A DNA stretch of 64,000 nt, from positions 224,001 through 288,000 of the forward strand of contig CBDCNQ010000004.1 of NCBI GenBank assembly GCA_965219445.1. The letters run 5' to 3'. Both the position numbers and the translations under genes were made by a program. Shown in pieces: positions 8,834 to 18,621 of this stretch; position 1 is the first letter of the stretch; each line of letters starts with the position of its first letter. A model generated the notes under the pieces. It was not told where the DNA came from. It did not search any database and worked only from the letters and a program-made list of their open reading frames with translations. Origin of the DNA: Longimicrobiales bacterium. GTDB lineage: Bacteria > Gemmatimonadota > Gemmatimonadetes > Longimicrobiales > Gaopeijiaceae.

Positions 8834-11278
8834 TCAGCTCCTTGCGTTGGGGGTGGGGGTGGGATCGTCTCGGCTCGCGAGAACCTCGATGGCCCGGGCG
8901 AGCCCGTGACGCTCGACGGCCCGGGCCCTCTGCTCGGCGTCCAATGCGGACGAGGTGTAGAGCCAATAGCTCTCCGGATCGACCTCGAGCCGGAGCACCG
9001 CCGCCCCGTCCGGGCGGCGCAGATAGATCTCGCGCTTGGGGATCAGGCCACGGACCTGGGCCAGCTCCGACTCGCTCAGCCGGAACAGCGCCCCGACCGC
9101 GTCGGGCAGCTCCGGGTTCGCGAGGAACAGCTTGGTCGGGATCGACTCGAGGAGCGCCGCAGCACCCGGCGTCGCCGTCACGTCCACGGCGGACTGCGTG
9201 GCCATGATCAGCGCGGCGTTCTTCTTGCGCCACGTCTTCGCCGCTTCGGCCAGGTAGCTCAGCACGACGGGGTCCTGCAGGTAGCGCCACGCCTCGTCCA
9301 CGACCATCAACTTCAGGCGCGCCGCCTCGGCCGGGTCCTCAACCTCCAGGCGCATCCGCTCGAGCAGGTAGGAGAGCGCCGCGTCGCAGAGATCCGGATG
9401 CTCGACCGCACCCGCCAGATCGATCACCTGCCAGTCGGCGAACTCGAGATCCGGCGCTCCGACGGCCGGGTTATCGAAGTACGCGCCCCACGCGCCGCCT
9501 TCGATCCAACGGCTCCAGGCCGGCCACGTCGCCGAGGGGAGGGAGCTGGCCAAGACACTCAGCGTGCGCCGCTCCGGCTCGAACGCGTAGAGGTCCTCGA
9601 TCCGTGCCCGGATCTCGCTCGTATCCGCTCCGCTCGCTTCCCAACCGCCGAGCTTCAGCAACCGCAGCACCCAGCCCGTCAGGAACTGGAACGTCCGCGT
9701 GCCCGCCGGGAGCGCGAACGGCTGCAGCCGGAGCGTCGGCTCCGCCTCGCCGGGCGACAGCTCGAGGTAGCGGCCCCCGAGGAACCGGGTCAGCCAGCGG
9801 TAGGAGCCGCCCAGGTCCAGGATCAGGACGCGCGGGTCGTACCTGAGCGCCTCGACCAGCAGGAAGTTCAGCGTGAAGCTCTTCCCCGAGCCGGTCGCGC
9901 CGAGCATCAGCGTGTGGCCCACGTCGCCGGCGAACAGATCGTAGTGGTACGCCGTACGCCACGGCGTCTCCAAGACCGCGAGCGACTCGCGACCCAAGTG
10001 CTTGCTCTTCGCCGTGCCCCGTGGCGGCCCGAACAGCGGCGCGAGGCTCGCCGCCACGCCGGCCGACACGAAGACCTTCCGCACCTGCCGCCCCCGGGGC
10101 TGGGCCGGCAGCCGGGAGAACCAGGCCGGCAGCTGGCCGTAGCCCTCCCGGATCACCTTCGCGTCGTGCGCGGCGAACAGCCGACGCAGGTCCCCGTCCA
10201 GCCGCTCGATGCTTCCCAGCTCGCCGTGGAGCGCCACGGTGAGCGTGGCCTCGCCGTAGCTCACCCCGTCCGCTTCGAGCTCGACCAGCGCCTCGCCCAG
10301 CCGGTCCGACTCGGTCGCCGCGGCCGAGTCGACCATCGCGGCGGCCGTGCCCTCGGTCTCCTGCACGTGCGCCATCATCGAGTAGCGCCTGGCGAAGTAG
10401 TGCCGCTGCGCACCACGGATCCGGCGCCGGGCCGCCTCCATCGCCCAGGGCCGCCACTCGAGCGACACGGTCATCACGGCATCGAGGCAGTAGAGATCCC
10501 GGAGCAGGTTCGCGTAGGCTTGGCCCGGTGGGGACAGGAGCGAGTACAGGATCACCGGCTCGCCGTCGAGCCGCAGGTGTCCTCGCTCCGCCTCGAGCTC
10601 CGAAAGCGCGAGCCGCCAGTTCATACCGCTCCCCGTCGCGCCGTCCCACACCGTGCCCGGACGGTTGATGAGCTCGGAGAGAAACCGCGAGGCTTCGGCG
10701 GGCTCGAGCATCTCGATCGGCGTGTGCTCCCCTACGAGCGCACGGCCCGCGTCCACCGTCGCGCGGAAGCGGGCGGCGGCCGCCTCGATCTCGGACCGCA
10801 GGTAGGTGGGCGCGCCCCCTCGGCGGCGCTTCCACCACTGCATGAGCCGGGAGGCGCTTCCTGTTCTGGGCCCGTCTGCCACCGTGCGGAGACGGGGATC
10901 GTGCGACCATACCAGGTAGGCCTCGAGCTGCTGCACGCGGCCCGAGAGAAACGCACTCCGCTTCCGCTGGGAGACCGCTACGATGCCGGAACCGTCGGCG
11001 TCCTCCGCCTCGGGCACACTCGGCCGGCGCAGCAGATAGAAGTAGAGGCGTGTGTCGGAGTCCAACCCCGAGAGGAGCCGCTGCCAGCGGCCCAGCACGC
11101 GGTCGATCTGTTCGGGCGAACGCCCATCCACCACTGCGGGCGCCAGCTGGCCGGCCGCGATCAGCTCGCCCGTGCGGGTCAGGCAGGTGCGGCCGTCCTC
11201 GAGCCAACCCCAGTAGGGCAGCTCCTCGGCCAGCGAGCCGGCTGCCTCGTGGTCCCGGAGCTCCGCGGCGATCCTCAT
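8834..11278 (-). CDS. virB4: VirB4/TrbE family ATPase
   Basis: GHTLMLGATGSGKS Walker A, VVDEAW Walker B, KTWRKKN, ATQS; start MRIAAEL overlaps virB3 stop. Confidence 0.95.
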   Translation of the reverse strand: MRIAAELRDHEAAGSLAEELPYWGWLEDGRTCLTRTGELIAAGQLAPAVVDGRSPEQIDRVLGRWQRLLSGLDSDTRLYFYLLRRPSVPEAEDADGSGIVAVSQRKRSAFLSGRVQQLEAYLVWSHDPRLRTVADGPRTGSASRLMQWWKRRRGGAPTYLRSEIEAAAARFRATVDAGRALVGEHTPIEMLEPAEASRFLSELINRPGTVWDGATGSGMNWRLALSELEAERGHLRLDGEPVILYSLLSPPGQAYANLLRDLYCLDAVMTVSLEWRPWAMEAARRRIRGAQRHYFARRYSMMAHVQETEGTAAAMVDSAAATESDRLGEALVELEADGVSYGEATLTVALHGELGSIERLDGDLRRLFAAHDAKVIREGYGQLPAWFSRLPAQPRGRQVRKVFVSAGVAASLAPLFGPPRGTAKSKHLGRESLAVLETPWRTAYHYDLFAGDVGHTLMLGATGSGKSFTLNFLLVEALRYDPRVLILDLGGSYRWLTRFLGGRYLELSPGEAEPTLRLQPFALPAGTRTFQFLTGWVLRLLKLGGWEASGADTSEIRARIEDLYAFEPERRTLSVLASSLPSATWPAWSRWIEGGAWGAYFDNPAVGAPDLEFADWQVIDLAGAVEHPDLCDAALSYLLERMRLEVEDPAEAARLKLMVVDEAWRYLQDPVVLSYLAEAAKTWRKKNAALIMATQSAVDVTATPGAAALLESIPTKLFLANPELPDAVGALFRLSESELAQVRGLIPKREIYLRRPDGAAVLRLEVDPESYWLYTSSALDAEQRARAVERHGLARAIEVLASRDDPTPTPNARS

Positions 11279-11577
11279 CGCCCGCTCCGGATCACGAGAT
11301 GCCACGGCTCTTCGGCCCACTTGCCCGGGTCGAAGCGCGCCGGGTAGCGCGTCCCGGCCCGTAGCACGCCGAGCATGTCGGGGTCCTTGCGGCCGGCCAG
11401 CCATCCGGCCCCAAAGCCGACCGCGAACACCACGCCGCCCGTCACCAGCGAAGCCGTCGCGTTCCACATTGCGAGCCCGAGCGTCGCGACGAGGAGAAAC
11501 CCCCTACGCTCCACACCCAGGATCGTGAGCGGACGGTTCAGCGCCGCATAGCCGGCCCAGCGCCTCAGACCCCTCAT
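11275..11577 (-). CDS. virB3: VirB3/TrbD family protein
   Basis: ALNRPLTILGVER motif, two TMs, KDP motif; between pilin and virB4. Confidence 0.9.
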   Translation of the reverse strand: MRGLRRWAGYAALNRPLTILGVERRGFLLVATLGLAMWNATASLVTGGVVFAVGFGAGWLAGRKDPDMLGVLRAGTRYPARFDPGKWAEEPWHLVIRSGR

Positions 11578-11864
11578 CAGAATAGCCACGCCAGGAAGTT
11601 CGCCGCGCCCATCGCCATCCCCAGCCCGAAGATGATCCCGGCCAGCGTCCGCTTGCTCCCGCCCTCGCCGAACGCGAACATCAGCCCGCCCACCACGATC
11701 GCGATCAGCGACAGCCCCCTCGCGATCGGACCCGTGAACTGCGCCTGCAGCTCGTTCACCGCCTCCACCCACGGGCTCGTCCCCTGCGCCAGCAGCACAC
11801 TCGGCGTCAGCGCCAGCAGTGCGGCCCAGGCGGCCGCTTGCAGCGTTCTCGACAACGTTCTCAT
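11577..11864 (-). CDS. virB2: VirB2/TrbC pilin
   Basis: Signal peptide, SPW..AV..L...FTGPIARGLSLIAIVVGGLMFAFGEG; AAGGAGG RBS. Confidence 0.93.
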   Translation of the reverse strand: MRTLSRTLQAAAWAALLALTPSVLLAQGTSPWVEAVNELQAQFTGPIARGLSLIAIVVGGLMFAFGEGGSKRTLAGIIFGLGMAMGAANFLAWLF

Positions 11865-11883
11865 TCTCTCTCCTCCTTGGGGT

Positions 11884-12408
11884 TCAGTTGTGTTTTGCCG
11901 CCGAGGCGTCCCCGCCCCGGCCCTGCTCGATCCGCTCATCCATCCATTCCTCGACCTCCGACTCGATCCAGCGCACCGCGCGCTCGCTCAGCCGGACCGC
12001 CCGGGGGAAGCGCCCCTGTGCCGACCAGTCGTAGATCGTGGTCCGCGACAGGCCCGTCAGCGCCTCGACAGCCGAGATCCGCAGGAAACGGATCGGCGCA
12101 TTCGTTCTCTGTTCGATCGGTTGTTCACTCATCGCTCTGCTGCTCCTCGTTCTCCTCGCCCCCGGCGAAGGCTTCCGGCGCCGGTGGCCTCGGGGCGGAG
12201 TCCGAGGGCCGCCCGAGTCCAGGTCGGAGTCCGCCACGAACGCCAGAACCCGGTCCGCCGTCCTCAGCGACAGCGAGCGTCCGCCGTCGATCTGGCGCAT
12301 CAGGTTCGGGTCGCCCAGCGCCTTCAAGCCGAACGTCGTCGGACTCACGCCCGTGCTGCCCAGAAACGCGTTCAGCCGTGTGTTGAATTGCTCCTCCAGG
12401 GTCTGCAT
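11884..12408 (-). CDS. Cro-like HTH fused to AlpA-family regulator
   Basis: N-term SPTTFGLKALGDPNLMRQIDGGRS; C-term FLRISAVEALTGLSRTTIY..FPRAVRL..RAVRWIESEVEEW. Confidence 0.85.
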   Translation of the reverse strand: MQTLEEQFNTRLNAFLGSTGVSPTTFGLKALGDPNLMRQIDGGRSLSLRTADRVLAFVADSDLDSGGPRTPPRGHRRRKPSPGARRTRSSRAMSEQPIEQRTNAPIRFLRISAVEALTGLSRTTIYDWSAQGRFPRAVRLSERAVRWIESEVEEWMDERIEQGRGGDASAAKHN

Positions 12409-12471
12409 GAGAGCCGTTCCAACCGTGTCATGGCCCGTAACGTTGAAGGGGCCTTTGCCAGGAAGTCAACT

Positions 12472-12489
12472 CTTAGGAAATCTCCTAAG
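12472..12489. promoter_or_regulatory. Palindromic operator candidate upstream of regulator/virB operon
   Basis: CTTAGGA-AATC-TCCTAAG perfect 7-bp dyad next to a minus-strand TTGACT (12464..12469). Confidence 0.55.
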
Positions 12490-12809
12490 TGTCCGTGGTG
12501 CACGTAGTTATCCGACGTTGTCCGGGAGGCTCTGGAGGCCGCCGCCAGTGGCATGGCAGACACAGCCTCCGCAGCGCTCGCCAGAGGTTCCCGTCAAGGG
12601 TCTTAGGGCTCGACCGGAAGGTCGGCCCGGGCACGGCCGACTTGGCGTCGCCCACACGGAAGTGACAGGTTTCACATGCCGGGGCGCGCGGCGGTCGCCG
12701 AGCGGCGTGCCGTGCCTGCCGCGGCAACGGATCAAGGGCTTCGAGAGTCGCTCCGAACAGGACGACTGTTATATTTGTGGTTCGATTTGTGACGCGGAGA
12801 GAGAAAGCC

Positions 12810-13392
12810 ATGAAGAGCCTGCCCGAGCGCATCATGGAGCACGCCGAGGCCACGCCGATCTGCCCGGCGGCCCTGCTTCACCTCGGCCAAAGGGCCGCGG
12901 TGGGTCAGGCGCTCTCTCGCCTGGCCCGTTCAGGCCGGCTCATGCGGATCCGCCAAGGGGTCTACATGCGCCCGATCGAGACCCGCTTGGGGCGGTGTGC
13001 GCCGGGCACCGAGAAGTCACTCCTGGCGCTCTCGGAGCTCTGGGGCGAGACGATCGTCCCGAACGGAGGCGGCGCGGCCAACTGGCTTGGTTTGACGACG
13101 CAGAATCCCGTCCGCTCGGTCTATCTCACCTCCGGCCGCAGTCGGCGATTGCGCTTCGGCAAGCATCCCGTCGAGCTGCGCCACGCTCCGCGCTGGCAAC
13201 TGGCGGCTCCGCACAGGATGGCGGGAGTGGTGATCCGTGCCCTGGCATGGTCGGCCCCGAAGAGGTCGAAGACAGCCTCGACGCGATCCTGCCCAAGCTC
13301 TCGGAGGAAGACCTCGAGGAGCTTGCGGTCGCGCGGGGCGTCATGCCGGTGTGGATGGCGGAGCCGCTGACCACGCGTCTGGCGCATGGCTG
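12810..13392 (+). pseudogene. AbiEi-like (DUF6088-type) antitoxin, frameshifted
   Basis: QALSRLARSGRLMRIRQGVY, AANWLGLTTQNP; frame shifts at ~13250 (ALAW / GPEEVEDSL...LAHG) and the expected stop reads TGG. Confidence 0.8.
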
Positions 13393-13733
13393 GAGCACTG
13401 TTTCAGCGCCTGGCGGCCGAAGAGCGCCGTCATGCCTTGCGTGCCGCTCAAGCCGAATGCCCGCACCTGGCGTTCGTGCTCGAGAAAGACATCTGGGTGG
13501 TCGCAACCCTCGGCGTCCTGTTCGACGCCCCGTTCGGCCATCAGTTGGTGTTCAAGGGCGGCACCTCCTTGTCCAAGGTGTGGCGCGCGATCCGGCGGTT
13601 CTCGGACGTCATCGACATCACCTACGACATCCGCGGCTTCGCACCGGATCTGGTTGCCGGTGCCGGCGACGAGGCGCTGCCGCTCACGCGCAGTCAGGAG
13701 AGGCGCTGGACAAAGGCGGGCGGCCGCGACTAG
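13386..13733 (+). pseudogene. AbiEii nucleotidyltransferase toxin, truncated
   Basis: LEKDIWVV, LVFKGGTSLSK, RRFSDVIDI; only 115 aa, C-terminal part absent. Confidence 0.85.
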
Positions 13734-13907
13734 AAGCTGACACCACAGAGGAGCCATGAGATGTGTCGACCGCAGGATCGAACCGGGCCTGCGGCCGGCC
13801 GCGCGACAAAGCCGCGCTGGGCCACCGCATGCGGGACGGCCATCGCCCGGAGTACGACGCTCGCAAGGACACCCGGCGCGCCGGGGACACTACTCGTCCG
13901 CCGGCGC

Positions 13908-16721
13908 CTACCAGCCCACCGTGAGTCGGCCCACCAGGCTGTGGTCCGGCTTGTCCTGAAGCAGACTTTCGCGGCGCTGGGCGTCGAGGCCGAACTGGAA
14001 GCTCATGGCGCCACCCTGCACGACAGCCAGGCTGTAGCCCAGCCGGTAGCCGCGCCCGTACTCGGAAGTCGTGACGCCGAACCTCGGGGTCCCCACCAGC
14101 CGACTCCCGACCGGCAGCGCATAGCCGAGCTCGGCGTCGATGCGGTCACCCGATCCCGGGCCTCCTGCCCCGAGCCCCTCCATCGTATCGCGGCCCCAGA
14201 GCGCGTCGGTACCGCTCATCGCCTGGCCGCCCCACGAGGGCGCGACCCGCGCTGTAAAGCCCAGCGGCGTCTGTGGCGTCGGATCGTAGCTGAACGACAC
14301 CGACACGCCCCGTTCCCTGAACCCTTCGTCCTGGTGTACGAGCAGCGTCCGCACCCGCACGTCGACCGACAGTCCGGTCAGCGGGTCCGATGCGATCAGG
14401 CTTGCGGCGACGTCCGCGCCCGCGCCCGTCTCGGCGTCCCCGCCGTCCTGCCTGAGCCCGAGCTCGAGGCTCGGCCGGAGCGCGATGCCGTGCCCGAACA
14501 CGTAGCCTCTCGAGGCCTCGAGCGCTGTCCGCACACGCGTCACCACCGCCTCGGTGCCAGCCAGTCGGCCTGCCGGACCCTCCACTGCCTCGCTACCCGT
14601 GCCCACCCACAGCGCGTCCGCCTTGAACGCCAGCCCGAACCCGCCGATACCGGCATCCACCAGATCGCCCCTCACGCCTCCGGCCAGCATCGACATCGAG
14701 AGCCCGCCCTCGAGAGCGACGGGAGCCGCGAGAGACGTTGGTAGAGACACTGCCTCGCCCGGCGTCAAGCTCAGCGAGCCCCTCCCGTAGCCGGTCACGC
14801 CCCAGAGCGTGACCCGCTCCGTCAGCTTGTATCCCACCCAGGGGTGGAGCCCCGTGACCGACGACGCCACCTGGCCGATATCGGCTCCCTGGTAGCCGCC
14901 CAGGCCTCGGCGGTGCGAGAGCATCAGCCCGGCCATCAGCGGCCCCTTCGCGTAGTCGGCGCCGAACATCGTCGTGCGGACCCCGCCATCGAGCGACAGC
15001 TCGCCGTCCTGGCCGCTGAACCGCGACTCCATCCCGCGGCTCCAGAGCGACACGCTCGCGCCCCCGCCCGTCTCGCGGTTCAGCACGAACCCCGAGCCCA
15101 TCAGCAGGTCGCCGCCTCCGAGACCCGTCCGCAAGAGCTCGGAGCCGCTCAGATCGGACTGGACGCCCATCGTATCCCGAGCGCCCGCGCCCGCCGTGGA
15201 CTGAAGCCGGCTCAGGAAGTTCCGGCCCATATCGCGCTCCATCCCACGCCTGAGCTCACGGCCCGCGACCCGGCCCCGGAAGCCCGAGGCTCTGGACGCC
15301 TCCAGCCGCTCCTCGACCTGCTCCATCACGTGAAGCGCCGTCGCCCGCCCGAACCGCGCCAGGAGAGCGCGCGGGAGCGGATCGGTGTTCTCGATCGTCC
15401 CCGTCGCTTCCGCGTCGGCCAGCCGGCCCTCCGACGGATTCGAGAGCCGGAGCGTCATCGTCTCCTCGCCCTCGTCGTGCGAATCGTCGAGCACCGCGAC
15501 CTCGACCGTCTTCGACGACTCGCCCGTCTGGAACGTGAGCGTCCCGTCCGCCGCCGTGTAGTCCGTCCCCGCCGATGCCGTACCGTTCACCGTCTGGTAG
15601 TCCACCGTCACCTGCCCGGCAGCCGCCCGGCTCAAGGTGACCGCGAAGGCCAGCGGCGCCCCGCCGTTTTCGTCCACCCGCGCGTCGGCGACCGATATCC
15701 CCACCGGACTGGCGATGGTCTCCGACAGCGAATGCGACAGGGGCCTGCCGTCCTCGGTGCAGATCGCGTCGACCGCGTCGCAGTCGGTCGTAGCCGGCAG
15801 GTCGATGCGGATCTCGCCGGTGGTCTCTGGCTGCACATGGATCTCCCGCAGGTCGTTGCGGCCGTCCACCCGGCGTGCCTTCTTCACGTCACCGCCCGTC
15901 ACCGTGAACGCGCGATCCCGGAGCACCTCGTAGCTCACCGCCGGATCCTCGCTGAAACGCAGCCGGAAGGTGAACACTGTCGACCCGTCGTGCTCCGACG
16001 GCACGTCCTCGAAGCTCGCCGTCAGCGGCGTCTCGGTGTTCTGGATCGTGCCGGTCGCCTCGGCATCGTCGAGATCGGCGCCGGAGGCGCCGCTGAGGGT
16101 GAGCGTGAGGATCTCGCCGCCGTCTTCCACCGCGTCGTCCGTGATCGGCACCGAGACCGTCTTCGACGTCTCGCCCGGCTGGAAGGTCAGCGTGCCGCTC
16201 GTGGCGGTGTAGTCCGAGCCCGCCGTCGCGGTGCCGTCCGCTGTGGCATAGTCCACCGTCACGGCCGCGGTCGCGGCCGGGTCGAGCGTCACGACGAAGT
16301 CGAGCGCAGCGTCCTCTTCCTCGGTCGCCTCCGCGTCGGCCACCGACAGGCCGCTCGGCGGGTCCGGCGCCGTGTCGTCGGCGTCGTCCGTGTCGTCGGC
16401 GGCGGCCTCGGGACCCGGCGGCCCGGCGACCGTCGCAGACGGGCTGTTGCTCAGCGGCCTCGGGTCGTCCCCGCGCGTGCACACGGCCCCGGCCGTGCCG
16501 CAGGCACTGCCGCCGGGAAGCGAGATCGTCACCGCCTCGCGCGAATCGGGCTCGACCGTGATCTCCCACAGATCGTGGCGGCCATCGACCCGCCGCGCCC
16601 CCGTGACGTCACCGTCCGTCACCGAGAAGGACTCGTCGCGGAGGGCCTTGTAGCTGATCCCAACGTCCTCGCTGAACTCGACCCGGACGTTGAAGGCGCT
16701 CTGGCCGTCGTGCTCCGCCGG
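13908..16721 (-). CDS. Giant autotransporter adhesin, exon 2 (Calx-beta repeats plus beta-barrel)
   Basis: Calx-beta motifs (VTVDYATADGTATAGSDY, LTFQPGETSKTV), autotransporter-like barrel ending in Trp; in frame with exon 1 after intron removal. Confidence 0.88.
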   Translation of the reverse strand, partial: PAEHDGQSAFNVRVEFSEDVGISYKALRDESFSVTDGDVTGARRVDGRHDLWEITVEPDSREAVTISLPGGSACGTAGAVCTRGDDPRPLSNSPSATVAGPPGPEAAADDTDDADDTAPDPPSGLSVADAEATEEEDAALDFVVTLDPAATAAVTVDYATADGTATAGSDYTATSGTLTFQPGETSKTVSVPITDDAVEDGGEILTLTLSGASGADLDDAEATGTIQNTETPLTASFEDVPSEHDGSTVFTFRLRFSEDPAVSYEVLRDRAFTVTGGDVKKARRVDGRNDLREIHVQPETTGEIRIDLPATTDCDAVDAICTEDGRPLSHSLSETIASPVGISVADARVDENGGAPLAFAVTLSRAAAGQVTVDYQTVNGTASAGTDYTAADGTLTFQTGESSKTVEVAVLDDSHDEGEETMTLRLSNPSEGRLADAEATGTIENTDPLPRALLARFGRATALHVMEQVEERLEASRASGFRGRVAGRELRRGMERDMGRNFLSRLQSTAGAGARDTMGVQSDLSGSELLRTGLGGGDLLMGSGFVLNRETGGGASVSLWSRGMESRFSGQDGELSLDGGVRTTMFGADYAKGPLMAGLMLSHRRGLGGYQGADIGQVASSVTGLHPWVGYKLTERVTLWGVTGYGRGSLSLTPGEAVSLPTSLAAPVALEGGLSMSMLAGGVRGDLVDAGIGGFGLAFKADALWVGTGSEAVEGPAGRLAGTEAVVTRVRTALEASRGYVFGHGIALRPSLELGLRQDGGDAETGAGADVAASLIASDPLTGLSVDVRVRTLLVHQDEGFRERGVSVSFSYDPTPQTPLGFTARVAPSWGGQAMSGTDALWGRDTMEGLGAGGPGSGDRIDAELGYALPVGSRLVGTPRFGVTTSEYGRGYRLGYSLAVVQGGAMSFQFGLDAQRRESLLQDKPDHSLVGRLTVGW

Positions 16722-18621
16722 ATCGGGATAGGGGAGGACCGGCGTTCCCGGTCCTTCCCCTCCCACACCACCAGGCATGCGGGTCCGCACCTGGCGGTTC
16801 GGTGAGTTGAGGTCAGTACGGCGTGAGCCGGGGCACACCCAGCTCGTCGAAGTACGCCCCTGGCAAGGCCGTGTGCAGGGCGTGGTGCGCGGCCACGTGC
16901 CACCAGCTTCGCGCGAACCGAGCAGCTCGCCAGGCGAGGTTCTCGCTCACACCGCGAGCCCTCAACTCCCGGTACGCTGTCCTTCCCCGTTTCCACTGGC
17001 GTAATTGCAACGTACGCAGCCGGCGGTGGATCCATTGGTCCAGGTCTCGGAAAACCCCCGGTGTATCCGCTAAGCCGAAGTATGCCTTCCACCCCAGCAC
17101 GTAGCGCCGTAGCTCTTCTGCCACCTGTTGCAGGCTCCGCCCGCCACTCCGGCTTGTAATCTGCCGGACTCGCTCCTTGAACTTCGTCAGGGCCTTCTTG
17201 CTGACCCGGCGCTTCACGACCTTCCCTGCCGCTACCCAGAAGCTGTAGCCCAGGAACTGTCGATCCCACACTCGCGCCACCGCGCTCTTTTCCTCGTTGA
17301 CCTGAAGCCGAAGTTTCCCGTACAAGTGCCTCAGCGCCTGCATCACACGTTGTCCTGCCCGCCTCGACCGCACGTATACATTGCAGTCATCGGCGTACCG
17401 GACAAACGCGTGTCCGCGTAGCTCCAACTCCTTGTCCACTTCGTCCAGGAGCACGTTCGCCAGCAACGGCGACAACGGTCCGCCCTGAGGCGTCCCCATG
17501 TGCCGCTCCATCACCACCCCGTTCGCCATGACTCCGGCTTCCAGGTAGCGACGGAGGATCCGCAGCATCGCCTTATCCTCGATCCGCTTTGCCAGCCGCC
17601 CCATCAGCACGTCGTGGTTCACCCGGTCGAAAAACTTCTCCAGGTCCACATCCACCACCCATCGTCTCCCTTCCTGGATGTATTGCTGCGCTTCGCGCAC
17701 CGCATCGTGTGCTCGGCGCCCAGGCCGGAAGCCGTGGCTGTGCCGACTGAACGTCGGGTCGAACCTCGGTTGCAGCACCTGCAGGATGGCTTGTTGGATG
17801 AACCGGTCCAGCACGGTCGGAATCCCCAACTCCCGGACCCCTCCCCCACTCTTCGGTATCTCCTGCCTTCGTACCGGCTTCGGTTGGTAGGTCCCCGCCA
17901 GCAACCGCTGTCGGATCTCCCCCCAGTGCCTGCGCAAGTACTCTGGCAGCTCCTCCACGTTCATCCCGTCGATGCCCGGACTGCCCTTATTCTGCCGCAC
18001 GCGTTTCAACGCTCCTACGAGGTTGGCACGCCCGACCACCTCCTGCATCAGGAGATGCTCGCTTCCTGAGCGCTCGTCTCCATGGGCCACCGTTCCGGCT
18101 TCGCCACTCCCCTCTACCTTCGGGGCTTCACCCCTATCCTCCAGTGGGAGCCCCAGTTGCCTGGACTCCTGGCGCATGGCCTTGCCGAGGTCCACGGTCG
18201 TCACGCTCTCCTCTCCGTTCGGCCCTTCGTCCGACAAAGCTGGGTCCAAGCGCATCATGCACTTCGTCGGCCTACTATGGCCTCTGCTGACTTCTCGCTC
18301 CGCCGGCAGGCCCAACAGCGCAGTGCCGGCGTCACCCTTTCAGGCGTCAGGCGAGACCTCCCCGGGTAAGAACGATGACCTTCCCCGCACAATCGCCGGA
18401 TCTACGCCGCTTCCCCTTGGTCGCAGGAGCTTCGCGGTCAGTGGTCCGCTCGCCCCGGTCCGCAGCGCCTCGTATCCGGTTCCTGTTCGTCGACTCACGG
18501 GTTCGTTTCACGCTTCGTTCAGCGTACGCCTCACGACGAACGCCTTGCGCTTCCCTTCGGTCCCTGCGACCAGGTTCCGGGAGGACTTTCACCTCCAAGT
18601 CATCGCCCATGCCGGGCCCAC
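16722..18621 (-). mobile_element. Group II intron, class C (IIC)-like, 1900 nt
   Basis: 5' GTGGGCCCGGCATGGGCG; short domain V GAACCGCCAGGTGCGGACCCGCATGCCTGGTGGTGTG with CGC triad; domain VI ending CCCCTATCCCGAT. Confidence 0.93.
16813..18204 (-). CDS. ltrA: Group II intron reverse transcriptase/maturase, no endonuclease domain (start uncertain, 18204 or 18177)
   Basis: PGIDG, RELGIPTVLDR, DLEKFFD, GTPQGGPLSPLLAN, RYADD; X domain GWKAYF. Confidence 0.95.
   Translation of the reverse strand: MTTVDLGKAMRQESRQLGLPLEDRGEAPKVEGSGEAGTVAHGDERSGSEHLLMQEVVGRANLVGALKRVRQNKGSPGIDGMNVEELPEYLRRHWGEIRQRLLAGTYQPKPVRRQEIPKSGGGVRELGIPTVLDRFIQQAILQVLQPRFDPTFSRHSHGFRPGRRAHDAVREAQQYIQEGRRWVVDVDLEKFFDRVNHDVLMGRLAKRIEDKAMLRILRRYLEAGVMANGVVMERHMGTPQGGPLSPLLANVLLDEVDKELELRGHAFVRYADDCNVYVRSRRAGQRVMQALRHLYGKLRLQVNEEKSAVARVWDRQFLGYSFWVAAGKVVKRRVSKKALTKFKERVRQITSRSGGRSLQQVAEELRRYVLGWKAYFGLADTPGVFRDLDQWIHRRLRTLQLRQWKRGRTAYRELRARGVSENLAWRAARFARSWWHVAAHHALHTALPGAYFDELGVPRLTPY

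Noticed and set aside
5470..11347. Long plus-strand ORFs (486, 341, 813 aa and others)
   Set aside because: Antisense shadows of virB genes with no motifs
12038..13759. 573-aa ORF
   Set aside because: Chance open frame; only the GPEEV..LAHG part is real, as the frameshifted antitoxin tail
16722..16838. N-terminus MCPGSRR.. of the 976-aa ORF
   Set aside because: This is intron domain V/VI sequence, not a gene start
16813..18315. RT as a retron, DGR or CRISPR-associated RT diversifying the adhesin
   Set aside because: Complete group II intron ends and maturase domain; no TR/VR pair or cas genes seen
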